A DNA stretch of 64,000 nt from Octopus bimaculoides (GCF_001194135.2 NC_068983.1:74694681-74758680); one strand, 5' to 3'. Positions 51,711 through 63,618 are shown, numbered from the stretch's first letter. The notes: a model not told the origin generated them from the sequence alone. A program made the numbers and translations.

Positions 51711-52025
51711 TCGCATGTGTGCGCGCACGTATGTTTCTTATACATTCGAAAACTAAGTTCAGGAATTTTTCGGCTACCTAATAAATTTTCTTTTCTTTTA
51801 CATATTTACTATTTTATCTCAACAACCAGCTTTAATTATTTGAATGACACTGCTCTACAAGGACCAGGTTTTGTTAGAAAGTGAAAAATAGTCTCATACT
51901 TTCAATTTGAACCAAAATTATAAAGTGTTGCATTACGAGAGTGACGATGAATGAATAATGAAAGTAATGTTTCTCCGAATCACATCTGTACTATAATAAA
52001 GAAAGCTGCTTATCATCTGTATATA

Positions 52026-52722
52026 TTGGGTCATCCCATAAGGAATGTTTTTTGTTTTTCAATTGCATGAATGAATTAAAAGTTGGAGGGAGACAGGATA
52101 AACTACCTGCATCAGCTTGCTATAAAAGCAGGTAGTAATTTTACCTTGTCTTTATTCATAGTGCATGTTTTGAAGAGTGCAGTTCGATTTTAACAGTTAT
52201 TTATTTTTTCAAAGCTATAATAGAAGTGACAAAGGAGTATATTCGGCATATCTTGCTTTATGGCCAGTCCTCCAAGTCAGCGCTAGAAGAGATGGTCGTA
52301 GTTTATACGACCATCTCTGGTTTCAAGACGATCGGTATTCTTCCATCAGGATAATGCTCGGCCACATACAGCCAGGATGACATTCAAAAGGCTGGAGCAG
52401 TTTCAATGGGAAACGATGCCCTACCCATCATATTCGCCGGACATTTCCCCACCTGATTATCATTTGTTTCGCAGTCTTCAAAATCATTTGTGCGGAAACA
52501 ATATGAATTCTGTAGACGAAATCGGGACAGTACTGGAGGAGTATTTTACGTCACGAAGAAATGCATTTTGGAAGAGGGGCCTTGCATGTCTACCAGACAG
52601 ATGGAAGAGTATCATAGAAAATGATGGAGAGTATATTTTACATTAAAAAATAATTTTGTTTATCTTAATTTTGAAACATATAAGAAGCATAAATAAACCG
52701 CATTATTTATGGGATGACCCAA
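52026..52722 (+). mobile_element. Internally deleted mariner (DD34D) element with TIRs and TA TSD
   Basis: ta|ttgggtcatcccataa...ttatgggatgacccaa|ta. N-terminal EVTKEYIRHILLY is fused to the C-terminal FFHQDNARPHTARMT...YPSYSPDISPPDYHLF...LPDRWKSIIENDGEY; 34 residues between the second and third catalytic D. Confidence 0.93.
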
Positions 52723-52729
52723 TATAAAG

Positions 52730-53072
52730 GCTATCAAATAAACTATGTTTCTGGCACAACAACTCTTTTTTACAACTAAAATAACATCGGAAACGAGATC
52801 GGGTCGCACAATTTTTAGGCCATTTTCGGGAAATATCTCGATTTGCTTCTAATGTTTCATTTTTGCCCGATGTTTCCCGCACTTTCATGAAAACCCATGA
52901 AAATTGTACCCTCCCCCACTACACTTTTAAGCAAACAATAACTTCCATTACGCCACTTATCCAGTCAGTTCACTACATATCAGCTGTGCCGATTCTGCCC
53001 ATAGAAAAGGAACAAATAATACAATGTAGCTGTAGGTCATAGCACCCAGGCAACACCGAGATGCATTGCTAG
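52730..53072 (+). mobile_element. Probable non-autonomous Helitron-like element
   Basis: Ends with a GC-rich subterminal hairpin-like cccaggcaacaccgag followed by ...tgCTAG|t; 5' boundary uncertain. Confidence 0.45.
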
Positions 53073-53097
53073 TCTTAATATATAAAAGTGAGTTTGT

Positions 53098-53169
<72 letters not shown>

Positions 53170-53454
53170 NNNNNNNNNNNNNNNNNNNNNNNNNNNNNNN
53201 NNNNNNNNNNNNNNNNNNNNNNNNNNNNNNNNNNNNNNNNNNNNNNNNNNNNNNNNNNNNNNNNNNNNNNNNNNNNNNNNNNNNNNNNNNNNNGCTGTAT
53301 GCATGTTCTATAGGTGAAGGTGAAACAAAAACGGTACAAAGAGAAGAGGAAAGCAGGAGAGAAGGAGACGCTGATAACCTCGGAAACGAGGTCGAGTCGT
53401 ACCTATATCAGAGAGAGTTTGTGTGTGTGTATGTGTGTGTGCGTGTGTTTGTGT

Positions 53455-53486
<32 letters not shown>

Positions 53487-54060
53487 ACGCGTGTGTGTGT
53501 ACGCGTGTGTGTGTACGCGTGTGTGTGTGCGTGCATGTGTGTGTAGGGGGAGGCGTGGGTGTTACTTATGGATTCGAAAACTGAGTTGCCAATTTTGACG
53601 TATATGGTATCAAAAGATTAAGAAATTTTTCGGCTACCAATTAAACGTTATTTTCATTTTTTATATTTTCATTTTTGTCATTCACATTACCATGGAGAGT
53701 TGCAGTTTAAACAACATCAACGATTATCACAACTTATGTGCTGAAATATTATTCTGTTTTTTATAACCAACATGAAGATTTGGCTGATTTGAAAGCAATC
53801 ACAACACTCTCAAATATAGCTGAAAAAAATGTCATTCTAGGTATTATAGCAAATTCGGAAACATGGCGAAGTAGAAAACTTTAGCGGCACTTTCAGTATA
53901 ATTACAGAAATGCTATTCCAGTCTTTATAACCAGTTTGAAGATAATACTTGTTTAACAGTCCTGCCGCCCATATCGTATTCCTGCTATACTGGTTTATCA
54001 GCGTGAGTATTCAACTCTGCGTAACCTTTTTACTACGTTAGTCAATGCTTATTCGACAGT

Positions 54061-54292
54061 CAGGCGGTGAGCTGGCAGAAACGTTAGCACGCTGGGCGAA
54101 ATTCGTAGCGGTATTTCGTCTGCCGTTACGTTCTGAGTTCAAATTCTGCCTCGGTTGACTTTACCTTTCATCCTTTCGGGGTCGATTAAATAACCCCAGT
54201 TACGCACTGGGGTCTATGTAATCGACTTAATCCTTTTGTCTGTCCTTGTTTGTCCCCTCTGTGTTTAGCTCCTTCTGGGCAATAAAGAAAAA
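54061..54292 (+). mobile_element. SINE family A subfamily with alternative 3' tail
   Basis: Well-preserved head and core (aggcggtgagctggcagaaacgttagcac...tttcatcctttcggggtcgat); tail tttgtcccctctgtgtttagc...aataaagaaa; degenerate TSD ttattcgacagtc / ttatttgacagcc. Confidence 0.9.
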
Positions 54293-55004
54293 TTTATTTA
54301 TTTGACAGCCTATAACCTTTGACAGCCTATAACCTTACAAAATATGTAGTAAATGATGTCAAATTAATTTATTTCTTATCATATACCTCCTTCAGCAAAT
54401 GTTTTAAATTAATTAACATTCACAACAGCAACATATTTCTTTGTACACACTACGTTCAGCGTTCATTTACAAATTGTAAAATAATACATTTGTTTTTGTG
54501 TGAAAAATTGAATTATGCCTTCTGAATTTTCTTGGAGCTTGACTTTCTTCACCGTGAAGAATTTTATAACATTTGGTACATGTTCCAAATAAATGTTGAC
54601 TTTCTGTACTTTGTTACATTGGTCACGCATAGTAATTGTTGCTAAATTGGTGACTTTCCGACGCTGGAATATTTCTTTTGGAAATATTCCTTTAAAAAAA
54701 TTTTATAGCATAAATATATGACAGAAAGTATGTTTTGTAGCTATATTGACTACATTTCGTTTCACTTGAACTTCGTGTGTGTACGGTTTGCTGTTTTGAG
54801 TATTATCAATTCTATGAGTGTCAATGTGTCTGAGAGTATGTGTGTGTTTCCGTGTTCATTACGTCTATAATAAACTATAGTAAAGGACAGTTTACGCCGT
54901 TTTAATGAGCCCACATCTAATGAAGTAAACATCCTTATGGTAGGTGATGTCCGGAAAAATCGTGATATTCTCATACGTGCTCGAGATAACTTTAACATTT
55001 AGTT

Positions 55005-55445
55005 ACACAGGAGAAACTGTCTTTATTCCAAAAATTCCTCTCATACCTACGGACGTTCCATTTGAATTTAAGATGTTTCAACTTCCAATCAAACAAAGTT
55101 TTGCTATTTCAGTCGAATAATCTCAGTGTTAATCCCTCAAGGCAGTTGCACTTGATCTTTCTACTACATGCTTCTCCCACACCTAACTCATGTTGCTTGC
55201 TTGCGAATTGGAAGCAGTAACAATTTATTCGACAACAACAAAAATTTACACAATGAATATTGTTTACCCTGAGGTGTTTCAACATTGACAGATTTTCAGT
55301 TTGAAATTCTATATCGTTACAATTTGAATACTTTTTAATAAACTATAGATATTCTGAAATAATTATGATACTACATCTCTATATTTATTGCTTACTAATC
55401 TGAATAAGAACAGCATTAACCCGAGCGACGCCGAGTCATTCAGTT

Positions 55446-55448
<3 letters not shown>
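55005..55448 (+). mobile_element. Helitron 3' remnant (Pif1-like helicase C-terminus plus terminal hairpin)
   Basis: TGETVFIPKIPLIPTDVPFEFKMFQLPIKQSFAI...SLKAVALDLSTTCFSH...NIVYPEVF matches the RepHel helicase end; cccgagcgacgccgag hairpin at 55420-55435 resembles the one at 53045-53060. Confidence 0.8.
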
Positions 55449-55486
<38 letters not shown>

Positions 55487-55640
55487 GAAATAGGTTTCAA
55501 AGAGAAAAATAAACTACACGTGTTAGAAATATGGGGAAAGTAAGAAGAATAAAGCGAAAATGCACATTGGATATAAAAAAAATAAAGGCTTTTTTTATGA
55601 AAAGTAACTATAAATATATACAATTAGACAAACCGAGATA

Positions 55641-56867
55641 GAATTAGGAGGAATAAAAGTCATTATCTTGAATTGTTAAAGGGATTCAAAGTCAAACCGG
55701 TTTCGTCAATTGTTGTTCACTGACTTTGAATGCGCACCGATTACCAAACGGTGTCGGGTCTACTAGTTTCTTAGTAAAAAGCTTACATGCAAGGGAGGTA
55801 AGTAGGGTAGATGTAATATTGTAATATGAATAGTGTAAGGAATATATGGGAATTAGTGGTATTAATGGATTAGTAGTGTTCTATATTATGTTATGTGTTC
55901 ATGTTGATTTGTAGATGATATTTATTGATGAAAGTTGCTTCTTTATTCGTTCTTTCCTGAACTGAGGTGTTCTGTGAAAATTGATAATAAGGGAAAATTT
56001 GGAAGTTAGGATTAAGGTTCCTAGCACACCTTTCTATGTGTTCACTGACCTGTAATTTTCTGTATTGTGGGTAGCGGATTTGTTCTTCGACGGAGTGACA
56101 TTCCTGTTTGACTAATATAATGATTACTGCACCCTATGCAGGTAATGATATAGAAGTTTGATTTTATCTTAAATGTTTTACCTTGTCTAACGCGGAACTC
56201 TATACCCTCCAAAAGGTATCCGAAACTAGGGTACAGATTCTTTTCGCTAGATTATAAGGTATATTGATTTTTATGTATTTGGGGTGGCATGAGTTAAATG
56301 ATAGGTATTGTTTTGAATCTGTAGGTTTATAGAATATATCCGTTTCGATGTGACTATTGACTATTTTAATTAGGATTTCAAGAAAAGGGAGTTGTTTATT
56401 GCTGTGTTCCATGGTGAATTGTATGTTGCTATTGATATTGTTGAGCATTATTTTTAAATCGAGGAGTTTGTCCATGCTATCTTTCCAAAGTATAAAGTAA
56501 TCATCTAAATACCTCTTCCAATTCTCCTTTAAATAGCAATGAAATGAGGTGCGTGCCATATTTTTGTAGTGATGATTGGTATATTTTAAGTTCTAGGTAA
56601 CCCATTACAAGGTTCGCAATCAATGGGGCAGCTCGAGTTCGCATTGAAATTCCACATGTTTGTCGATAGTTAACTGAATCGAATATGAAATAGTTGTTCA
56701 CCAGGATGAATTTCAGTGCTGCAATTATGAATCTGTGGTTGATACGTCCTGGGATTTCTTCTGGGTATTTTTCTAGCCAGAAAGTGATTGCTTCTATACC
56801 ATAACCGTGTGGGATATTGGTGTATTGGTGTACAATTCAAAATAATGACTTTTATTCCTCCTAATTC
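55641..56867 (-). mobile_element. Penelope-like element, 5'-truncated: RT + GIY-YIG + 3' pLTR, with a 36-bp inverted terminal copy
   Basis: NIPHGYGIEAITFWL..., YRQTCGISMRTRAAPLIANLVMGYLE, WKRYLDD, FTMEHSNKQLPFL, TDIFYKPTDSKQYL..SCHP; then (after a deletion) YIITCIGCSNHYISQTG...VSEHIERC (GIY-YIG). 55641-55676 and 56832-56867 are reverse complements (35/36). Confidence 0.92.
55684..55731 (-). ncRNA. Type I minimal hammerhead ribozyme fold with variant G3-C8 core
   Basis: Minus strand: AUUCAAAGUCA / GUGAACA / ACAAUUGAC / GAAA / C-CG-G / UU / UGACUUUGAAU. A perfect 11-bp stem I abuts both ends of the core; stem III is the palindrome ACCGGU; stem II is weak in this copy. Confidence 0.62.
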
Positions 56868-58233
56868 ACTTTCAGCATTTATGAAATCAGTGTGCGATTT
56901 CTACGGTATTCTTATAAGCCGACAAGGCAAGCGAGCTTAACCCTAGGCCGGGTAAGAGCCACTGACTTGCATTGCTCAAATGCGGAATCATTGGTGACCT
57001 GGCTATGCCCCTGGTGTAGGGAGCCTACCTCCCCTGTCAGTCACAATGATAAATGCTTTCTGTGGCTGAGTTGTTTTGACTCTCACTCCTAGCAATACTG
57101 GTGCTGACTAGTATTCTTAGTCACTTTAGTGGCGTCTATATTTCTACCATTCGGTTGTAAATTGTGAACAAAACACCTTTATTATCAATGTATATATATA
57201 TATATNNNNNNNNNNNNNNNNNNNNNNNNNNNNNNNNNNNNNNNNNNNNNNNNNNNNNNNNNNNNNNNNNNNNNNNNNNNNNNNNNNNNNNNNNNNNNNN
57301 NNNNNNNNNNNNNNNNNNNNNNNNNNNNNNNNNNNNNNNNNNNNNNNNNNNNNNNNNNNNNNNNNNNNNNNNNNNNNNNNNNNNNNNNNNNNNNNNNNNN
57401 NNNNNNNNNNNNNNNNNNNNNNNNNNNNNNNNNNNNNNNNNNNNNNNNNNNNNNNNNNNNNNNNNNNNNNNNNNNNNNNNNNNNNNNNNNNNNNNNNNNN
57501 NNNNNNNNNNNNNNNNNNNNNNNNNNNNNNNNNNNNNNNNNNNNNNNNNNNNNNNNNNNNNNNNNNNNNNNNNNNNNNNNNNNNNNNNNNNNNNNNNNNN
57601 NNNNNNNNNNNNATATATACCCACTGTTCTTGCATGTATATGAGGAGAGGAAGCATGTATGTCTCTGCTTCTCTACTTGTAAAAAAGTGAAAAAGAAAAG
57701 GTTAGATGGATGCGTGTGTAGCGATACGCGTATTTAAATCATTCTATCAGCTTTGTTAACTGTCAAATCATATGTCCAAGATGTGTTATGAAAATTTTAT
57801 ATGGTATAATTTACAAAAAGAGTTACAAAAATATGAAGAGTGAGAGAAAGGAAAAACGTGGGGACGGAGAAGGAGATAGAAAGATGAAAAGGTATAACAT
57901 TCGATAGGAATTACTGTTCGTAATATTTATCGCTTCCCACTGACATTTTAATATTTTCTCATCCACTTCTCGGGTTCATATGTACATATCCCTCTTCCAG
58001 TTGTTCAACAGTAATTTTCCAGATTTTCGATCTTCATACGCCATAATGGAAATTATATTGTACGTGTTCTACAGAAAAATATCACAGTTTAGCAGTCTCA
58101 AACACTCTCTTCACCACTCCATATTTACAAATGCAAAGATGTTATACATTTTGTGTTAATATTTTATCGTTTAGATGTGCGAAAACGTATCGCTTAGTGG
58201 TTAGAGCATTCATCTTATGATCCAAAGGTGGTG

Positions 58234-58234
58234 A

Positions 58235-58310
<76 letters not shown>
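58234..58310. repeat. (TAG)n microsatellite preceded by a decayed tRNA-like SINE head (58180-58230)
   Basis: Directly visible; cgcttagtggttagagcattc resembles an A-box region. Confidence 0.9.
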
Positions 58311-58311
<1 letters not shown>

Positions 58312-59607
58312 AAAGACTAGGTAAATTTAATTACATGAACTTAGTATTAGATAAAATAACTAAAGCTATAAAGATTTTTTAAAATCTTTATGTGTTAAAA
58401 ACGAACGGAAAATTAATTTTTTTCAAAGAAATTCTGGTCTTCGGAAACGATAAAAATTTCTAACACTACTTTTTACACGAATTAAATAACCGATACAAAA
58501 AGTAAAATTTTGGAGTCAGTTTACAATCACGATAGAATGAAAGAGCCAAAACTTGGATTGCATCAAGAATTGAGCGTCCAACATTTTTTAATGGAAAGTA
58601 ATAAATTTTATTTGAATACAATTCGTACAATTTTATGTTTTTAATTTGTTTGTTTGTTTTTTTCATTGTATATTTTAATAGGAACAGTATTGGAATGGAT
58701 TGTCCATCTTTCTGAATCTGGGTATAACATTAAGAAGTAGTAAAAAATATCAGCTGATAATAACCTCTGGCAAAATAAGAATAACAGTGGTCATTGAATT
58801 AGAGACTTGTATCGGAACCTTTTAATATATATTTATGTGAATGTTGAAAAGGTGTATGAAATATATTATTTATAAAAATGACATGTAGACGTGTAAAGTA
58901 CAACTTTAACAGTCCACTACTTGATGTGTCATAACAATTGTTTGTAACTAAATCGATCTAGAAAGCAAAGAGATAGTTTCCGTATTAAAACGTTAAAATT
59001 CAGATCTATAATGGCTGACAATGTTAAACTTCAGATCTAAGATGAAAAGTGTTCCAGACGTACCATCCGTGTTTCATTTTCTGACAACAATATTGATAAA
59101 TTATTATTTTATCAAAGACAATAATATAAGAGAGGCTGAACTAGGCAACTATTTTTAACATGTTGAAAGAGTGCGTAACGTCTCTTTGTTAGCCCCATTA
59201 GGTTTTCTGATCGAGAATGTCCTTATTCCTCGTTATTGATTGATCTCTACACGGGTTGCAAAAATGTCAAAGTTGAACCAAGATAGAAGAGCTTGTTGTG
59301 ATTCTCAAATAATTTAGATTCGCAAAAAAATACAGAAATAATCGAATTGACAACTATACATATATTCTGAAAAATAAGTAAAGATCAGAAATAAAATCGG
59401 TCACGTTGACCATAACATTTGGTAAATCTTCTAAAAGACTCTCCGTAGCAATCATAAGCATTTAACCTCGTGATATAATGGTGGATTCCATAAGAGGTTA
59501 TAAAATCTAACCTTTATACAATTTTCACTGCATTTTGAATATTAGTTTCACAGCGTAACAATTAAACTGAACAAATCCTTAAATATTGCTCTTGATAATG
59601 CTTTTAC

Positions 59608-59676
<69 letters not shown>

Positions 59677-60339
59677 NNNNNNNNNNNNNNNNNNNNNNNN
59701 NNNNNNNNNNNNNNNNNNNNNNNNNNNNNNNNNNNNNNNNNNNNNNNNNNNNNNNNNNNNNNNNNNNNNNNNNNNNNNNNNNNNNNNNNNNNNNNNNNNN
59801 NNNNNNNNNNNNNNNNNNNNNNNNNNNNNNNNNNNNNNNNNNNNNNNNNNNNNNNNNNNNNNNNNNNNNNNNNNNNNNNNNNNNNNNNNNNNNNNNNNNN
59901 NNNNNNNNNNNNNNNNNNNNNNNNNNNNNNNNNNNNNNNNNNNNNNNNNNNNNNNNNNNNNNNNNNNNNNNNNNNNNNNNNNNNNNNNNNNNNNNNNNNN
60001 NNNNNNNNNNNNNNNNNNNNNNNNNNNNNNNNNNNNNNNNNNNNNNNNNNNNNNNNNNNNNNNNNNNNNNNNNNNNNNNNNNNNNNNNNNNNNNNNNNNN
60101 NNNNNNNNNNNNNNNNNNNNNNNNNNNNNNNNNNNNNNNNNNNNNNNNNNNNNNNNNNNNNNNNNNNNNNNNNNNNNNNNNNNNNNNNNNNNNNNNNNNN
60201 NNNNNNNNNNNNNNNNNNNNNNNNNNNNNNNNNNNNNNNNNNNNNNNNNNNNNNNNNNNNNNNNNNNNNNNNNNNNNNNNNNNNNNNNNNNNNNNNNNNN
60301 NNNNNNNNNNNNNNNNNNNNNNNNNNNNNNNNNNNNNNN

Positions 60340-60380
<41 letters not shown>

Positions 60381-60429
60381 CATACATACATACATACGAA
60401 GCACTCAAAATCATTCGAACTAAATTTTC

Positions 60430-60790
60430 ATAAAGCAAACTGGAAGTTGGTTGAGAAAGAGATCCTCAAACAAGATTGGCCTAAATGTCTCTCCACGACA
60501 GACATTGATATGAAACAAGAACGTTCCATCTCCATAATGCAAGCCATATGTGACAAATCTGTCCCAGTGCGCAGTGCCAACACACAATAACAGGATTCTT
60601 AGGGAAAGGAAAATTCTTGTGACGACGGACAAAGACTGTGAACCGCCTTAGCAAGCACCCAAAAGTGATGAGAAGTCTCGCCTGGACAGAGCATTATTTG
60701 AGATAGAGAAAAGACTGCATCAATCTCATGAAAAGGAAAAAGCAGATAAGTAAGCTTGGGTTATAGAGCTTCCGGACAGTTTCTAACTGC
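60430..60790 (+). mobile_element. CR1-group LINE fragment (EN-RT linker region)
   Basis: LNFHKANWKLVEKEILKQDWPKCLSTTDID...ICDKSVPVR resembles the NF.KANW...W linker of CR1/L2-group ORF2; many downstream stops. Confidence 0.6.
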
Positions 60791-61807
60791 TAAATTCTTG
60801 TCATAAGTATTTGTTAAACCGAGGAAAAAGTGTGAAGCACATTGCCAGTGCTGCGCAGAGTGATCTAACTCTAAGCATGTTTGCGGGAAGCGAACCTTTT
60901 AATTGGATGGCTATATCTTGGAGTTTATCTCATACAACCCACGCAATCCACACTCTTATTCTATTGTTTCCTTTCCCACATACGTGCACACGCTATGTGT
61001 GTGTGTCTCTATCTCAGTCTGTCTGTCTGTCTTCTATCTCTCTCTCTCTCTTTTTCTCCCTCTTACATATATTTGCACTCTCTGCATAACCAAGATTATA
61101 CGTAGCTCAGCCAACAATATTCTAAATAAGCTTACAAACAAACTCAGCATAATAGAATAATTGTTTTCCACAAAAGTGTCAACATTATCTAAATTTAATA
61201 TTCTAGTTTTGAATAACACAAAAACTATCAGCTTTTTAAATTTTAAAAGATCACATTTTTCTAAATATTAGAATATTTTCTCTTCTATTCACATTCTTGT
61301 CGACCTATTTCTTCCTCGTCTTTTTCTAATGCTTTTATTCGGATCTATATTCACAACTCTATGAGCCTCTTTCTTTCCTTCACTTTTTATCATCTCCGAT
61401 TTAACTTCCGGTAAGGATTCATATTAACAAAAATGGATTTCTGATTCACTTCCGCAAAACTGAAGAGGCGAGAGAAGTAAAATGAAAAGCAATCTTTCTT
61501 ACATTCTCTCGCATTCTTTCTTTTGATATTTATCTATTTCTCTTTACAAGCTCACACACATAAGTATATATCAAGGAAGACATTAGCAGGCAATAATGAA
61601 AGATACCATGAAGTAAAAAGTTATTTCTAGTCGATCTCGATCGCTTGTACGTGTATGATTTTTTTTTTTAATTACCAAGCATTTTAAAAACAAATTTAAG
61701 ATCTTACACGTCGGAAGTTATATTAATTATGATATGAAGTTGAAAAAGATTAGGGCTGCACAACGATCAATGCACATAGTATACAAAAAGAAAAAGAAAC
61801 ACCCCAA

Positions 61808-61922
61808 AAAGACCGATAGAATAAGTACTAGGCTTACAAAGAATAAATGCTGGGGTCGATTTATTCGACAAAAAGGTGGTGCTCCAGCATGGCCGCAGTA
61901 AAATGGTTGAAACAAGTGACAG
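61808..61922 (+). mobile_element. SINE family B, 3' fragment
   Basis: gaccgatagaataagtactaggcttacaaagaata...ggtgctccagcatggccgcag...gaaacaagt matches the 3' end of the 21618-22037 copy. Confidence 0.85.
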
Positions 61923-62943
61923 ACTAAATATATATACATATATATATATANNNNNNNNNNNNNNNNNNNNNNNNNNNNNNNNNNNNNNNNNNNNNNNNNN
62001 NNNNNNNNNNNNNNNNNNNNNNNNNNNNNNNNNNNNNNNNNNNNNNNNNNNNNNNNNNNNNNNNNNNNNNNNNNNNNNNNNNNNNNNNNNNNNNNNNNNN
62101 NNNNNNNNNNNNNNNNNNNNNNNNNNNNNNNNNNNNNNNNNNNNNNNNNNNNNNNNNNNNNNNNNNNNNNNNNNNNNNNNNNNNNNNNNNNNNNNNNNNN
62201 NNNNNNNNNNNNNNNNNNNNNNNNNNNNNNNNNNNNNNNNNNNNNNNNNNNNNNNNNNNNNNNNNNNNNNNNNNNNNNNNNNNNNNNNNNNNNNNNNNNN
62301 NNNNNNNNNNNNNNNNNNNNNNNNNNNNNNNNNNNNNNNNNNNNNNNNNNNNNNNNNNNNNNNNNNNNNNNNNNNNNNNNNNNNNNNNNNNNNNNNNNNN
62401 NNNNNNNNNNNNNNNNNNNNNNNNNNNNNNNNNNNNNNNNNNNNNNNNNNNNNNNNNNNNNNNNNNNNNNNNNNNNNNNNNNNNNNNNNNNNNNNNNNNN
62501 NNNNNNNNNNNNNNNNNNNNNNNNNNNNNNNNNNNNNNNNNNNNNNNNNNNNNNNNNNNNNNNNNNNNNNNNNNNNNNNNNNNNNNNNNNNNNNNNNNNN
62601 NNNNNNNNNNNNNNNNNNNNNNNNNNNNNNNNNNNNNNNNNNNNNNNNNNNNNNNNNNNNNNNNNNNNNNNNNNNNNNNNNNNNNNNNNNNNNNNNNNNN
62701 NNNNNNNNNNNNNNNNNNNNNNNNNNNNNNNNNNNNNNNNNNNNNNNNNNNNNNNNNNNNNNNNNNNNNNNNNNNNNNNNNNNNNNNNNNNNNNNNNNNN
62801 NNNNNNNNNNNNNNNNNNATATATATATATATATATACTTACGTACATATATATACATAAATATATACATATATAAAATATAATATTTACAATACATATA
62901 GTATATAATAATGTATGTACGTGTGCGTGAGTATATATGTAAA

Positions 62944-63172
62944 TAGGTAAGAAGCTTGTTTCTCAGCCACATGGTTCCGGGTTCAGTCCCACTACGTGGC
63001 ACCTTGGGCAAGTATCTTCTACAATAACTTCGGACCGGCCAAAGCCTTGTGTGTGCATTTGGTAAACGGAAACTGAAAGAAGCTCGTCATATATATACAT
63101 ATATGTATATATCTATGTGCGTATGCTTTTGTGTCTGTGTTTCTCCCCCACAAGACAACCGGTGTTGGTGTG
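62944..63172 (+). mobile_element. SINE family B, 5' portion
   Basis: ccacatggttccgggttcagtcccactacgtggcaccttgggcaagtatcttctac...ggaaactgaaagaagc. Confidence 0.88.
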
Positions 63173-63174
63173 AA

Positions 63175-63357
63175 ATTCTAACTGGGCCCCACCTGCAAGG
63201 TCATGAGCTGTTTATCTTGATATGATATCACCATGTCGCGCACACATGGTTGTGATGCATGTGTCTGGTCTACCCTTATCAGACGGGTAGTCATGATGGG
63301 TTTAATGGGCCCCGTATATTTTACTCCAGTGTCACTGTGATGACATGCACTGCTCTC

Positions 63358-63395
<38 letters not shown>

Positions 63396-63396
63396 C
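63175..63396 (+). mobile_element. Retroposon 3' segment (family C) ending in (AAT)n
   Basis: Unique GC-richer body ...ccagtgtcactgtgatgacatgcactgctctc followed by (AAT)n at 63359-63396. Confidence 0.55.
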
Positions 63397-63610
63397 TTAT
63401 CTTCTGGAGGCCCAAGTCCTCCAATTTGAGGGGAGAGTACTAATCGATTATATCGACCCCAGTGTTTCACTGGTACTTAATATATCGACCCCGAAAGAAT
63501 GAAAGGCAAAATCGATATCGGCAGAATTTGAACTCTGAACTAGTGACGGACGAAATACCGCTAAGCTTTTTACCTGACGTGCGAACAATTCTGCCAGCTC
63601 GCAGCCCTAA
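63397..63610 (-). mobile_element. SINE family A copy
   Basis: atcgaccccagtgtttcactggtactta...atcgaccccgaaagaatgaaaggcaaa...gaaataccgctaagc...attctgccagctcgcagcc. Confidence 0.88.
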
Positions 63611-63618
63611 ATATAATG

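Larger units (their letters stand above)
2768..62818. other. 17 assembly gaps (N runs)
   Basis: 2768-3091, 5226-5743, 7674-8204, 8673-8940, 13188-13197, 15346-15355, 27888-28109, 29898-30303, 31461-31700, 36997-37006, 37603-38326, 47603-47612, 51669-51678, 53170-53293, 57206-57612, 59677-60339, 61951-62818; most are flanked by microsatellites. Confidence 0.99.
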
